A stretch of 64,000 bases of DNA from Candidatus Saganbacteria bacterium (GCA_016932255.1 JAFGDE010000009.1:66114-130113), one strand, 5' to 3'. Counted from the stretch's first letter, positions 26,907 to 37,163 are shown. Numbers and translations are program-made. Notes: generated from the sequence alone by a model not told the origin.

Positions 26907-28271
26907 ATGAGAAGGCAGCTGTATCGGTTTTCGTTATTCCTCATGCTCATTGTCACGGCGCAGCTCTTTGGCTGCGTCCAGCCGAAGTTGAGCGAACCCC
27001 CGAACCAGCGCCGTCAGATATTCCAAGAGATCTATCCTTACACCGCGGAGCAGGCTAGGGCTATCCTGGCCAAGGAATTCCCGGCTGTCCCCGCGGAGCA
27101 GAGGGAGCAATGGCTGAAGGGCCGGAATATCGCTAACGCTAAGATCGACGGCCAAAAACGCTATTTCTCTGAAATGGTCAAGAACATTAAATTCCGCAAC
27201 ATCCCGCTGTTCCAGAAAGACTCAAATGCCATGGCGCGCTACCGCCAGATGTACCAGGTGATCAAACCTTATATCTATTCTAAATTTAAACTGCCTGCCT
27301 GGCAGAATTACCGCAATCCGAGGACCTATCATGGCACAACAATAGTCGATATCCCGCGCCGGGAATTGCCCAAGAAAGGCTTGTTCAGGCTCTGGCTGCC
27401 GCTGCCGGTCCTGACCGCAGCGCAGACGGATGTTAGGATCATTTCAATTGCTCCGGCTAAATATATCAGGTCAGACCCGACTATTGACCGTGATATCGGG
27501 TTGGTCTACATGGAAATCCCTCTGGAAGAGCTTAAGGGCAACCTTAAGGCCAGGCTTGAGTTCTCTTTCAAACGCTTGGAGCAGCGCTTTCAGGTAGATC
27601 CAGCCAGGGTGGGCGAATATGATCGGGAAAGTGAGCTGTACAAGAGGTACACGCGCTCTTACGGCAATACCAGGATCACTCCGGCGATCAGAGGGCTGGC
27701 CAAAGAGATCGTGGGCAGGGAGAAGAATCCCTATCTGGCGGCGCGCCTGATTTACGATCACGTCGTGCAAAAGATCAAGTACAGTTTTATGCCGCATGAC
27801 GTGCTCTGGCCGCGCGGTCAGCCCGAATCGGTCTTTGTCCACGAACACGGCTGGGGTGACTGCGGCGCGCAGAGTCTTTATTTCAGCGCCCTTTGCCGCG
27901 CTGTCGGCATCCCTGCCCGGACCACCGGCGGTTTTCAGCTCCTGCGCGGCGAGTTCGGATCCCATTTCTGGGCCGAATTCTATCTGCCTGGTTACGGCTG
28001 GGTGCCGGTCGACACTTCGGTGGCGCAGTTGCCGTACTACTTGCCCGAACTGACGGCCAGGCAAAAGCAGGATTACATCGATTTCTTCTTTGCCGGTCTG
28101 GATAACCGGCGCTGTGTGCTGCAAAAGGATATTGATGTGCCGCTCATTCCGCCGGCGGACGGCTTGGTCTCTTTACCCATGGCGATACAGTTCCCGGCGG
28201 CTTTATGCGAGGGCATGGAGCGAGTGCCCGGCAGCGTGGTTTATGAGCATGCGAAAATGTACTTGAGATAG
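26907..28271 (+). CDS. transglutaminase-like domain lipoprotein
   Basis: Signal peptide ending LFGC. Cys-His-Asp core WGDCGAQS...GSHFWAEFYLPGYGWVPVDTS. I chose the start at 26907 because 26880 lies inside a TATAAT box. Confidence 0.8.
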   Translation: MRRQLYRFSLFLMLIVTAQLFGCVQPKLSEPPNQRRQIFQEIYPYTAEQARAILAKEFPAVPAEQREQWLKGRNIANAKIDGQKRYFSEMVKNIKFRNIPLFQKDSNAMARYRQMYQVIKPYIYSKFKLPAWQNYRNPRTYHGTTIVDIPRRELPKKGLFRLWLPLPVLTAAQTDVRIISIAPAKYIRSDPTIDRDIGLVYMEIPLEELKGNLKARLEFSFKRLEQRFQVDPARVGEYDRESELYKRYTRSYGNTRITPAIRGLAKEIVGREKNPYLAARLIYDHVVQKIKYSFMPHDVLWPRGQPESVFVHEHGWGDCGAQSLYFSALCRAVGIPARTTGGFQLLRGEFGSHFWAEFYLPGYGWVPVDTSVAQLPYYLPELTARQKQDYIDFFFAGLDNRRCVLQKDIDVPLIPPADGLVSLPMAIQFPAALCEGMERVPGSVVYEHAKMYLR

Positions 28272-28349
28272 GGGAAAGGACGGAATTTAGAGGCATTATC
28301 TCTTGATCGCTGTTTTTCCGGCCCTATTAGCTAGTTTGTTTCATTCTGA

Positions 28350-28544
28350 TCAGGCTGTCTTTTTCTGGAAAAAGCTGAGATAGATTATCTCCAGTATCCC
28401 CGCCGTGTTGATGATCAGCAGGCAGACGAACCAGGCCGGCTGGCCCTGCCTGGCCGCTTTCCACAGGGCGATACCTTTCCAGATCAGAGACCAGATGATC
28501 AAAACGGTCAACAAAGAAACCTGGATATTGCTTAATTCACTCAT
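28350..28544 (-). CDS. small two-TM membrane protein (DUF5652-like)
   Basis: 64 aa from an ATG preceded by GGAGG. WKGIALWKAARQ between two hydrophobic helices. The longer track ORF would overlap the upstream gene. Confidence 0.5.
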   Translation of the reverse strand: MSELSNIQVSLLTVLIIWSLIWKGIALWKAARQGQPAWFVCLLIINTAGILEIIYLSFFQKKTA

Positions 28545-28560
28545 GGGCCACCTCCCGGGA

Positions 28561-29157
28561 TTATTCGCTCCTGCCGAAGCTGCCGAACTTGAAGACAACG
28601 CCAAAGGCCATGCCTGACAGGTCTGAATCTTTCAGGCCCGGAGTTGAATCAACGCCGCTGATGATCCTGTAGCTGCTGCTTAAGGCCAGGCGGAAGTTCG
28701 GGGTGATGTTTATTTCGTAATCAACACCCGGTTCCAGCACGGTGAAATTTGAATTATCGGTTGTAGCGGTGGTACCCGGCGGCTTATAAGCGGCCTGGCC
28801 CCAGCCGATCAGAGAATGGATCACAAAATGTGTCAGTTCATCGGAATTGAAGATCCAGCCCAGTTTAATGCCGCCGCAGGAGAATTCCAAGTTGCCGGTA
28901 CTGCTCGGGTTTAGTTTATCGGCCGCGATATTGGAAATAAGGGCCCAGCCGCCGCCGCCCAGTAAGAAAGTTTTATTGGCGATCCAGGCGCCTTCGCCGC
29001 CCATGAACAGGGCGTTATTGCCCTTGACGCTGCTGTAATGCATCAACGGCCCGCCGTAGCCGCCGCTTACAAAGCCCTGGTCGGCCAAGGTTCTTTGTTG
29101 AGCGAGGCTGGGGGATGCGAGGCAGAGGCAAATGAGCGCGATCAATAAATGTTTCAT
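28561..29157 (-). CDS. probable outer-membrane beta-barrel protein
   Basis: 198 aa. Signal peptide ending SLAQQ. Alternating Gly/aromatic-rich strands, with an aromatic-rich C-terminal strand (VVFKFGSF) shortly before the end. Confidence 0.55.
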   Translation of the reverse strand: MKHLLIALICLCLASPSLAQQRTLADQGFVSGGYGGPLMHYSSVKGNNALFMGGEGAWIANKTFLLGGGGWALISNIAADKLNPSSTGNLEFSCGGIKLGWIFNSDELTHFVIHSLIGWGQAAYKPPGTTATTDNSNFTVLEPGVDYEINITPNFRLALSSSYRIISGVDSTPGLKDSDLSGMAFGVVFKFGSFGRSE

Positions 29158-29193
29158 GGAGCTTCCTCCTTTGCTCTGGTTAAGCGCATTTTA

Positions 29194-29538
29194 TTATATT
29201 CTTTTGTATTTGGCCAGCTCTTCTTCACTCATCCCGAAGTAATGCCCGATCTCATGCTGGAGCACGTTGACTATTAAGTCTGCTAGTTTTTCCTCAGGAA
29301 AGCGGTCAAAGGCTTTTTTATAGATGATTATTCTATCCGGCATGACGTTGCGGTAAGCTGGCCCGCGGTTAGTATAGGGCACGCCCTGGTACTGGCCCAG
29401 GATCAGGTTGTTGTCCTTATCATATATAATGCTGTCCGGCTCAACCTCAATTGTTATATTCTCCAGCTTTTCCCGGAAGGTCTCAGGGATGTTGGTGATG
29501 GCGGTTTGGAGGAGTTGTTGGAATACGGAGAGAAGCAC
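29194..29538 (-). CDS. minimal zincin-like metallopeptidase family protein
   Basis: 114 aa with VLQHEIGHYFG (HExxH). Size and layout match the small metallopeptidase family (DUF1025-type). Confidence 0.7.
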   Translation of the reverse strand: MLLSVFQQLLQTAITNIPETFREKLENITIEVEPDSIIYDKDNNLILGQYQGVPYTNRGPAYRNVMPDRIIIYKKAFDRFPEEKLADLIVNVLQHEIGHYFGMSEEELAKYKRI

Positions 29539-29541
29539 GGA

Positions 29542-29841
29542 TCAAACGGAGGAGAGGCGCATGGATTTGTTGTAAAGCGATTTTGGATCAGCCTTGAATG
29601 GATCGATCATTTTTCTGGCCAGCTTTTGAAGCTGTAAGCCATGATCTGTTGGTATCGATGGGTCTGTTTCTAATACTGAGAAGAGTTCTTTCGCTCTCAT
29701 CAGGCAGGATCTCAATTCTTTGCCGCCGCCGTTCTTGGACAGACTGGTCGCTCTGGAGAATTCTGACGCAGCCATCATTAACAGTTTTTTCCAGCCGTAT
29801 TTTAAAAGATCTTTTCTTGTAAGGTTCTTATGGTAGATCAT
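29542..29841 (-). CDS. hypothetical protein
   Basis: 99-aa ORF in an AT-richer stretch. Its start overlaps the upstream gene's stop. Confidence 0.4.
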   Translation of the reverse strand: MIYHKNLTRKDLLKYGWKKLLMMAASEFSRATSLSKNGGGKELRSCLMRAKELFSVLETDPSIPTDHGLQLQKLARKMIDPFKADPKSLYNKSMRLSSV

Positions 29842-30188
29842 AGTTCAAAATAGTTGGACATTATCTCCTTGATCTTTTTTTGAATCGAGCTGTTATTGAT
29901 CAGTTGAGAATTATTTCCTTGTCTTGGGCGGATATTCATTAGAGCCGAATATTCCAGTCTTTGCCCTTTATTCTTAAATGGAAAATAATTAGCGCCCCAG
30001 ATGTTCTTTTGTTGAGAGCCCTGCTTCAATAAAACCTGTTCCGCGTCAGCGTGCAGGGAACAACCGGCAGCTACCAGCTCGCTCTCTATGTCTACAGCTA
30101 CCTTTATCATATCTTCAATGAATTGTTCGGTCAATTCTATTATCTGTTTCTTTGTTATGTGTGATACAAGTATGTGAGGCCAGGTCAT
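29838..30188 (-). CDS. hypothetical protein (DUF5674-like)
   Basis: 116 aa. VAVDIE...LHADAEQVLLKQGSQQKNIWGAN resembles the family I recall as DUF5674. This rests on memory only. Confidence 0.45.
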   Translation of the reverse strand: MTWPHILVSHITKKQIIELTEQFIEDMIKVAVDIESELVAAGCSLHADAEQVLLKQGSQQKNIWGANYFPFKNKGQRLEYSALMNIRPRQGNNSQLINNSSIQKKIKEIMSNYFEL

Positions 30189-30243
30189 AATATGTTAATT
30201 ATAACTTATTTTATCAAAAATGACGAATATCTATGTTGTGATG

Positions 30244-30272
30244 TTGACATGCCATTAACTCGGGTCTATTAT
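30244..30272 (+). promoter_or_regulatory. sigma70 promoter TTGACA-N17-TATTAT
   Basis: Consensus -35 box, a 17-nt spacer and a near-consensus -10 box, read directly from the sequence. An ATG follows 7 nt after the -10 box. Confidence 0.6.
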
Positions 30273-30279
30273 TTGTCGC

Positions 30280-30381
30280 ATGAGCATTAATATATCCAAA
30301 CCCTCAGACCTCGCGCGTTATATTGATGTTCTGCTTGTTTATATGAATATTGGGAAATTAAAAGATAAAAACATATGTTAA
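30280..30381 (+). CDS. possible leaderless small ORF (33 aa, MSINISKPSDLARYIDVLLVYMNIGKLKDKNIC)
   Basis: My own translation. It starts 7 nt after the -10 box, and its stop overlaps the next gene's ATG (ATGTTAA). Confidence 0.25.
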   Translation: MSINISKPSDLARYIDVLLVYMNIGKLKDKNIC

Positions 30382-30707
30382 CCATAGTAGCCCGGCTCCT
30401 TGCGTTAGCCTACATCGCCTTCCTGGTCCTCATGTCCCTTGATGTGTTCAATATCATTGGCTTTAGTATGATCGAAAAGGTCGTCGGCTTTATCATCCAC
30501 CTTATCCCGGCATTCCTTGTTGCTGTCTGCCTCATGATCGCCTGGAAAAAGGAAACAGCCGGCGGACTGCTGTTACTGATATTGGCGGTCGGGTTCACGT
30601 TTTTCTTCCGCACTTACCGGGATCCGGGCATCTTTATGATCGCCACACTGCCGCTGATAGTTGTTGGCACACTGTTCATTGTTATCGGTAAAAAACGGGG
30701 AGGATGA
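30375..30707 (+). CDS. small polytopic membrane protein
   Basis: 110 aa with four hydrophobic helices. No family recognised. Confidence 0.55.
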   Translation: MLTIVARLLALAYIAFLVLMSLDVFNIIGFSMIEKVVGFIIHLIPAFLVAVCLMIAWKKETAGGLLLLILAVGFTFFFRTYRDPGIFMIATLPLIVVGTLFIVIGKKRGG

Positions 30708-30710
30708 TCC

Positions 30711-31199
30711 ATGGTAATGAAAAAAGATGACTGCTGTCCGCAGTTCGATCCAACGCCCTGGGAAGGCAAGACGCACGTTTGGAACGATAAGCTGTTCATT
30801 GTAGGCTCGGTCCCTCAATTCCTGCATATTCCTTTTCCGCCAATGTTCGCCGCCACGGTCACCCGGATGTGGAAAAGAGCGGAAGAGGCCCAGGCTGCGC
30901 CCGATCTGAAAGACTTTATTCTAATGGCTTATGACCCTTCCCCCTGGAAATCGGAACTCTATATGACCGTCACCAAAGATGTCCCTGGCGAGAAAAGCGT
31001 CAGGCTCTCTGGCACCTTCATCACCAAGGTCTTTGACGGCCCGTATAACGCGCCGCCTAAATGGGTCAAGGAATTCGATGAATACCTTTCAGGGCAGAGC
31101 AAGAAAGCGCTGAAGTATTATTTTTACTTCACCTATTGTCCAAAATGCAGTAAGAAGTTCGGGCATAATTATTGCGTGGTCTTTGCCCAGGTGCAGTAA
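30711..31199 (+). CDS. conserved hypothetical Cys-containing protein
   Basis: 162 aa. N-terminal CCPQFDPTPWEGK and C-terminal CPKC...C. No family name assigned with confidence. Confidence 0.5.
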   Translation: MVMKKDDCCPQFDPTPWEGKTHVWNDKLFIVGSVPQFLHIPFPPMFAATVTRMWKRAEEAQAAPDLKDFILMAYDPSPWKSELYMTVTKDVPGEKSVRLSGTFITKVFDGPYNAPPKWVKEFDEYLSGQSKKALKYYFYFTYCPKCSKKFGHNYCVVFAQVQ

Positions 31200-31207
31200 G
31201 GACAAAC

Positions 31208-31696
31208 TTAAGCAGCGCGCGATACCGATACCTGAGTGCCCTGTTTGACCAGCTCCAATGTGATGGGGGAAACAATGCCCTGGTGCAGGGTGTAGCGGTA
31301 GGTCCTGCCTTCTTCCATGCCGGCTGCCGCGCGCTTAAGCGCCACCATCATCTGGGGCAGTGAAAATCCAAAACGCGCGCTCTCTTCGATCTTGATGCTG
31401 AACACGCGCTGGGCGATCAGCGCGATGTGAGCGCTGCAGTCGCTGATCTTCATTGTTTCGATCAGCCCTGTCCCGGCCTGCATTAGGCCGAGCATCTCTT
31501 CGCAGATCTTGTAAAGGTTCATTAAAATAGGGCTGTCATGCTGCAAGACGGCGCCGGCCCGGGCCAGCAAGAGGGATGGGGCATTGTTGATCTGCAACCG
31601 CGCGCTGCGGACCATGCCAGGCAAACCGGCCAAGGCCCTGAGGACAGGTCTCCCGCATCCGGCAAAAGGTGGTGTCATGATCGTGTTCCTCCTCAA
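31208..31696 (-). CDS. hypothetical protein
   Basis: 162-aa ORF (start uncertain). No family recognised. Confidence 0.4.
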   Translation of the reverse strand: MRRNTIMTPPFAGCGRPVLRALAGLPGMVRSARLQINNAPSLLLARAGAVLQHDSPILMNLYKICEEMLGLMQAGTGLIETMKISDCSAHIALIAQRVFSIKIEESARFGFSLPQMMVALKRAAAGMEEGRTYRYTLHQGIVSPITLELVKQGTQVSVSRAA

Positions 31697-31784
31697 TTTT
31701 AGTCACTTATTTATCAGGCCGCGGCCAGGATAATTTCATTCTTCCAAAGTTGTTTTTTATCCGGCTATCTGCTAAATTAACCGC

Positions 31785-32723
31785 ATGATCTATTTGCTTA
31801 TTGTCGCTCTCCTGCTGCTTTTGATCTATCTGATCTCTGCCTATGTTATGGCCTGGACAGTTATTCATCTGAACCGCCAGCCGATACTAAAAGATCCCAA
31901 AGACTACGGCATGGAGTTTGAGGACGTTTCCTTCCAGGCTGAGGACGGGGTCAGGCTCAAAGGCTGGCTTATCCCGGGCACGCAGCAAAAACTTGTTATC
32001 CTGACGCATGTCGGCGGCCTGACCAGATATGGTTCGATAGTGCGCTATAAGAATATCTCAAAGCTGTACAACAAAGAAATCGAGTTCCTCAAGACCGCCC
32101 GGCACCTGCATGACCAGGGCTACTGGGTACTGCTATTCGATTTTCGCAATCACGGCGAGAGTGGCCCCGACCCTGACCGCGGTTTGGCCGGCGTGGGCCT
32201 GAAAGAATATAAAGATGTCATCGCGGCGATGAAGTTCCTGCGCAACGACGTAAGAACAAAAGATATAGCCAAGGCCTTTGTCAGCTTTTGCATGGGCGCT
32301 AATTCCACGATCATTGCCATGAGCAAGGACCCGGAGACCTTCAAGGATGTTAAATGTCTGATGGCGATCCAGCCGATCTCTATGGAAGTGTTCGTGCGTT
32401 CGTATCTGAAAAGCCTGCTCACGCCGGCGGGCGTTTGGCTCTTTCTGCCGCTGGTCAAGCGGTTCGTTGTGCTGCAGGGCGGGGCGCCGATCGAGACAAT
32501 GTCGCCTAAAGAATATGCCAAAGACCTTAAGGTCCCAACACTCTATGTTCAGGCGTCTAACGATCCCTGGACCGAGTTGAGCGATATTCAGAGCTTCTAT
32601 GATAATACTCCGGTGACCAAGGAATTTTTCTGGATCAAGGACACCAAACACCGCTTTGAGTCGTACAGCTACTTCCAGGACAAGCCGGAAAAAATGCTTG
32701 AGTGGCTAGGTAAATGGCTCTGA
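31785..32723 (+). CDS. alpha/beta hydrolase with N-terminal membrane anchor
   Basis: 312 aa. N-terminal TM, a nucleophile-elbow-like SFCMGAN, and Asp/His candidates near the C-terminus (NDPW, KH). Confidence 0.7.
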   Translation: MIYLLIVALLLLLIYLISAYVMAWTVIHLNRQPILKDPKDYGMEFEDVSFQAEDGVRLKGWLIPGTQQKLVILTHVGGLTRYGSIVRYKNISKLYNKEIEFLKTARHLHDQGYWVLLFDFRNHGESGPDPDRGLAGVGLKEYKDVIAAMKFLRNDVRTKDIAKAFVSFCMGANSTIIAMSKDPETFKDVKCLMAIQPISMEVFVRSYLKSLLTPAGVWLFLPLVKRFVVLQGGAPIETMSPKEYAKDLKVPTLYVQASNDPWTELSDIQSFYDNTPVTKEFFWIKDTKHRFESYSYFQDKPEKMLEWLGKWL

Positions 32724-32755
32724 AGAGCCGGCTTTGATAAATAGTCCTGTTGTGT

Positions 32756-32761
32756 TATAAT
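32756..32761 (+). promoter_or_regulatory. extended -10 box (TGtTATAAT) 9 nt upstream of the cimA ATG
   Basis: ttgTGTTATAATttctccgtcATG. No Shine-Dalgarno sequence lies in between. Confidence 0.45.
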
Positions 32762-32770
32762 TTCTCCGTC

Positions 32771-34333
32771 ATGCAAGTAAAATTGTTCGATACGACATTG
32801 CGCGACGGCGCCCAGACAGAAGGCATCTCTTTTTCTCTTGAGGATAAGATTAAAATAGCCAAGCTGCTCGACGAGCTCGGCGTTCATTATATCGAAGGCG
32901 GCTGGCCCGGTAGCAATCCCAAGGATATCCAGTTCTTCAAAGCGATCAAAAAAGAGAAGCTGTTGACCGCCAAGATCGTGGCCTTTTCCTCGACCCGCCG
33001 TCCTGGCGTTAAGGTCGAAGATGACAAGAACATCCAGACCCTGCTAAAAGCCGAAACGCCCGCGGTCTCGATCTTCGGCAAATGCTGGGACTTCCATGTG
33101 ACCGACGCGCTCAAAACAACCCTGGGAGAGAACCTGGCCATGATCAAGGAAACAGTGGCTTACGCCAAGCAAGCCGGCAAAGAAGTTATCTTTGACGCGG
33201 AGCATTTCTTTGACGGGTTCAAGGCCAACCAAAAATATGCTATCGAGTGCCTGAAAGCGGCGACCGAGGGCGGCGCGGACCTGCTCTGCCTCTGCGATAC
33301 CAACGGCGGGACACTGCCTCATGAAGTGCTTGAGATAGTGCTCGACACCAGACGCATGACCACCAAGCCGCTCGGCATCCACGCGCACAATGATTCCGAG
33401 TGCGGGGTCGGGGTGTCACTGGCCGCGGTCAAGCAGGGCTGTGTCCAGGTCCAGGGCACCATGAACGGTTACGGCGAAAGATGCGGCAACGCTAATCTCT
33501 GTTCCATCATCCCGACCCTCTCGCTTAAAATGGGCATCGACTGCATTACCAGAGAGAATTTAAAACGCCTGACCGAGGTCAGCCGCCATATAGCGGAAAT
33601 AGCCAACCTGCCGCAATCAATGCATCAGCCTTTTGTCGGCCGCTCGGCCTTTTCGCACAAGGGCGGCATCCATGTTTCAGCCGTGGTCAAGAACCCGGGT
33701 ACTTATGAGCACATCAAGCCCGAGGCCGTGGGCAACGAAAGAAGGGTGACCGTATCTGAGCTGTCCGGCGTATCGAACCTGATGGTCAAGGCCAAGGAAT
33801 ATGGCGTCGATCTGGATAAGAACGACAAGCGGACCAAAGAGCTGATCACGGTCCTGAAACAGCTGGAGAGCGAGGGTTATTCGTTCGAGGAGGGTGAAGC
33901 CAGTTTTGAGCTGCTGCTCAAGCGCACCCTCGGCCTGGTCCAGCCTTCATTTGAGCTGGAGGATTTCCTGATCGAGACCCACAAGGAGAGCGCCAATGCG
34001 CCGGTCGTGACCGCCCATGTCAAGATAATGATCAAGAATAAGGTCCACGACGCCACCGGCTCGGGCGACGGCCCGGTCAACGCCATTGACACGGCCCTGC
34101 GCAAAGTGCTCGAGCGCATCTATCCCGAGATCAAGAAAGTAAAACTGACCGATTATAAAGTGCGCGTGCTCAATTCCGAGGCCGGCACCGCGGCCCGGGT
34201 GCGCGTTATCATCGAGTCTGCCGACGAAACCCGCACCTGGGGCACGGTCGGCGTTTCCACCAACGTGATCGAGGCTTCCTGGCTGGCCCTCGTTGATGCC
34301 ATCGAATACAAACTGATGCCTGAGAAAAAATAA
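32771..34333 (+). CDS. cimA: citramalate synthase
   Basis: [30 protein letters not shown] and a C-terminal LeuA-dimer-like domain fit CimA-type (R)-citramalate synthase. I chose the ATG at 32771. Confidence 0.85.
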   Translation: MQVKLFDTTLRDGAQTEGISFSLEDKIKIAKLLDELGVHYIEGGWPGSNPKDIQFFKAIKKEKLLTAKIVAFSSTRRPGVKVEDDKNIQTLLKAETPAVSIFGKCWDFHVTDALKTTLGENLAMIKETVAYAKQAGKEVIFDAEHFFDGFKANQKYAIECLKAATEGGADLLCLCDTNGGTLPHEVLEIVLDTRRMTTKPLGIHAHNDSECGVGVSLAAVKQGCVQVQGTMNGYGERCGNANLCSIIPTLSLKMGIDCITRENLKRLTEVSRHIAEIANLPQSMHQPFVGRSAFSHKGGIHVSAVVKNPGTYEHIKPEAVGNERRVTVSELSGVSNLMVKAKEYGVDLDKNDKRTKELITVLKQLESEGYSFEEGEASFELLLKRTLGLVQPSFELEDFLIETHKESANAPVVTAHVKIMIKNKVHDATGSGDGPVNAIDTALRKVLERIYPEIKKVKLTDYKVRVLNSEAGTAARVRVIIESADETRTWGTVGVSTNVIEASWLALVDAIEYKLMPEKK

Positions 34334-34346
34334 AAAGGGGCCGCTA

Positions 34347-35819
34347 ATGCGAAGAACGTTGTTGCTGCTGTTTGCTTTATCTTTTTGTTTGCTGGCCAAT
34401 GGTTGCGGCAACGATGATATTGTCACGGTCTCGACCACGGCCACCAGCCTGACAACAGTGACCGGTCCTTTGAGCACAAGCACCACTTCGCCGTCGGTCA
34501 GTAGCACGACCGTCGCCTCAACGACCAGCACGACCTCGACCACCCTGGCGACAGTGGCAACGCCGTATTTTGTCACCAGCCCGGACTCATATGAGGGGAC
34601 ATCCCTTAATGTTACTATAGAATGCTCAACCCCCGGCGCGACCATCTATTACACGACCGATGGTTCCACGCCGACAACAGGCTCTTCTGTTTACTCGGTC
34701 CCGGTGGCTCTTTCAGCCTCGAAGAATGTCAGGGCCATGGCGGCCAAATCAGGGATGAACAACAGCTCGCCTACTTCCGGCCAGTTCGATCTCTGGTACT
34801 GGCAGGCCTTAAGCGGCGGTCTTAATAATGATGTTCGGGCCTTGGCCATGGACGACTCGGGCAATGTCTATGTCGGCGGGTGGTTTAATGATGTCAACGG
34901 GGAAACTGATTTTGACGGTCTGGCTATGTGGTCGGGCGGCGGCTGGCAGCGGGTCGGCGGCAGTCTGGACAATGATGACAGCGTCAATGCTCTTCTCTTC
35001 GATGGTTCGGGCAACCTGATTGTTGGCGGCGGTTTTGATGACGTTGGAGGTGTAACTAACGCTGATAATATCGCCCGTTGGACCGGCTCGAGCTGGGAAG
35101 CCTTTGGCAGTAATACCAGTACCGGCTACGTTAATGCCATTGCTTTGGACGGCACGACCATGTATATCGGAGGCAGTTTCGCTAACATGGGGGGCGACGC
35201 TAATGCGGACAATGTGGCTTACTGGGATGGTGCCTGGAACGCTATGGGCAGCGGTCTTGATTCCCAGGTCCTTGCTTTACATCAGCTGGGCGTCAATACT
35301 TATGTCGGTGGTTATTTTGACAATGCCGGCGGGCAACCGGAAGCGGATTCGATCGCCCGCTGGATCGGCGGCAGCTGGTTGAGTGTCGGCACTTCAGGTA
35401 TCGGTGAGAGCAGCCGTGTTGAGGCAATTGTCAGCTACAATTCCAATATGATTATAGGTGGTGTTTTTAGCAATGCCGGCAGCGTGCCTCAGGCCGATGA
35501 TCTTGCCAAATGGAACGGCGCTGCCTGGTCGGCCATCGGCGGCGGGGAATTCTCCGGTTCCGTATATTCCCTGTATCATGACGGCACCGATCTTTATGTC
35601 GGTGGTTTCTTTGATGATGCGGCCGGGATCCCGGAGGCGGATTCCTTTGTTATCTGGACCGGTTCTACCTGGGAGGCGAAAGGCGACCTGCAGATCAGCG
35701 GCAGCTCTGTCCGTGCTATCCTAGTCAACGGCGATGAAATATATATCGGCGGCTCTTTTCAGAACGCGGCAGGGATCGCTGACGCTGATTATGTGGCCAG
35801 GTGGGCTAGGCTGGAATAG
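34347..35819 (+). CDS. probable lipoprotein: Thr/Ser-rich linker + chitobiase-C-like domain + GGxF beta-propeller (paralogue of 21893-23389)
   Basis: 490 aa. Signal peptide ending LANGC, T/S linker, LNVTIECSTPGATIYYTTDGSTPT, then seven YVGG(W/F/S)F...A(D/N)..A.W.G..W blades. Confidence 0.7.
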   Translation: MRRTLLLLFALSFCLLANGCGNDDIVTVSTTATSLTTVTGPLSTSTTSPSVSSTTVASTTSTTSTTLATVATPYFVTSPDSYEGTSLNVTIECSTPGATIYYTTDGSTPTTGSSVYSVPVALSASKNVRAMAAKSGMNNSSPTSGQFDLWYWQALSGGLNNDVRALAMDDSGNVYVGGWFNDVNGETDFDGLAMWSGGGWQRVGGSLDNDDSVNALLFDGSGNLIVGGGFDDVGGVTNADNIARWTGSSWEAFGSNTSTGYVNAIALDGTTMYIGGSFANMGGDANADNVAYWDGAWNAMGSGLDSQVLALHQLGVNTYVGGYFDNAGGQPEADSIARWIGGSWLSVGTSGIGESSRVEAIVSYNSNMIIGGVFSNAGSVPQADDLAKWNGAAWSAIGGGEFSGSVYSLYHDGTDLYVGGFFDDAAGIPEADSFVIWTGSTWEAKGDLQISGSSVRAILVNGDEIYIGGSFQNAAGIADADYVARWARLE

Positions 35820-35820
35820 C

Positions 35821-37152
35821 TCAGAACCAGAACATGCGGGCTGTGGGCATAGCTTCACTGCTCAGGATATCGGCGATCGCCGTTAAAGCCTCGGTCTGTT
35901 TAGGGGTTGGATGGTTGCAGAAAAAAGCGCTCAGTTTTTGGGAATAGAGATAGAGCATCTGGAAGACGAACTCGTCATAAAGTTCTTCCTTCATCAGCGT
36001 GACCGCGTTGAACCCCCTGTCAAAAAAGAACGTGCTGGAGCTGGAGTGGGGCGCCTGGAAGAAGAGCGTCAGGTGCAGGTCCAGTTCGTCGAACAGAGGC
36101 GGATATTTCAGCCCGTCCTTGCCGCGCAACAGCATCTGAAAAAGGAAGAAGCGCGCCGCGTGCTTGGTCCGGCCTTCGAACGGATGGATCTGGTCATAGC
36201 GCGCGTAAAAGATATGAGCGCGGATAAATGGATGCAGAGCTTTGGCTCTGGCTGAATTGACCCAACCGATCAGTTCTTTCATCATCGGCCCGACCTGCTC
36301 CGGCGGGGTCATTAAAGTCGTCTGGGTCTGGCTACTGCGCCAGATGGCGTCCGTGCGGTAGTTCTCCGCCTCACCGTAGGGCCGCTGGCAGTAATGCGTG
36401 CCCTGGACCCGCTTGATCATGTCCTCAGTGATATCCTCTGACCTGAGCATCTTTTCCATGGTCTCCAGGCCGGTCCCTATCTTACTGATGTCCTTGTTGA
36501 CCCGCGATTCAAAGATCATGCCCGTGTCAGGATCGGTTTGGTTCGGGTCCTCGACAGGAAAGAACTCAAGGCGGTCGCGTAGAAAAACCCGTATAAGTTC
36601 ATTATAGGGGAAATTATGCGGCACATTGGCGACCAACCTGTCCAGTTGATCGAGCGCGGCCATGGTCTTGAGCCTGATCCTGAGGCAAAAAGTATAGCCG
36701 GTCGTGTCGAGCATCAAAACGGGTGACAGCTGCACTTTTCGCGGCATATCTGCCAAACCGCTGATGACGTCGCCTCTTAGTCCGGCCGGCAGATAATAAG
36801 CGAATTCGTGCAGGAAAACACAGGCGGCGACCTGGGATCTCGGCTGCCCGCTGTTGAACCAGGAGATGATCGTCTGGCCGTACCTTTGCCAGAGCGCTTC
36901 AAGCACCTCGTATTTAGCCAGGCAGATCAGATCGATGCTCAGGTCCAGCCGGCCGTCGCTCAGATAGCTGTAGATGATATCCGCGGCGCGGTCGACCGGA
37001 AAACCGTGCGCGTTGATATGCAGGGTGATCTCTTCGGCGCTGTGGCGGCGCAGCATGTCTGCCGCGCTCTGTTTTAAGCCGTAGCGAGCGATGAAATTCG
37101 TTATTCGCTGGGACGGCTGACGGTAGTATTTGACGATAGCCCTGCTGTCCAT
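35821..37152 (-). CDS. Fic-fold-like protein with a degenerate active-site motif
   Basis: 443 aa. LHPFIRAHIFYARYDQIHPFEGRTKHAARFF (motif at nt 36151-36186) aligns to the Fic HPFx(D/E)GNGRxxR region but lacks the GNGR loop. Confidence 0.55.
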   Translation of the reverse strand: MDSRAIVKYYRQPSQRITNFIARYGLKQSAADMLRRHSAEEITLHINAHGFPVDRAADIIYSYLSDGRLDLSIDLICLAKYEVLEALWQRYGQTIISWFNSGQPRSQVAACVFLHEFAYYLPAGLRGDVISGLADMPRKVQLSPVLMLDTTGYTFCLRIRLKTMAALDQLDRLVANVPHNFPYNELIRVFLRDRLEFFPVEDPNQTDPDTGMIFESRVNKDISKIGTGLETMEKMLRSEDITEDMIKRVQGTHYCQRPYGEAENYRTDAIWRSSQTQTTLMTPPEQVGPMMKELIGWVNSARAKALHPFIRAHIFYARYDQIHPFEGRTKHAARFFLFQMLLRGKDGLKYPPLFDELDLHLTLFFQAPHSSSSTFFFDRGFNAVTLMKEELYDEFVFQMLYLYSQKLSAFFCNHPTPKQTEALTAIADILSSEAMPTARMFWF

Positions 37153-37163
37153 GGTCTTAATTA

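Noticed and set aside
32771-32801. ATGCAAGTA-N11-TACGACA at the cimA start resembles the regulon motif
   Set aside because: It is the coding sequence MQVKLFDTT of a conserved enzyme N-terminus. The spacing is 11 nt, not 13, and both boxes deviate. I treat it as coincidence.
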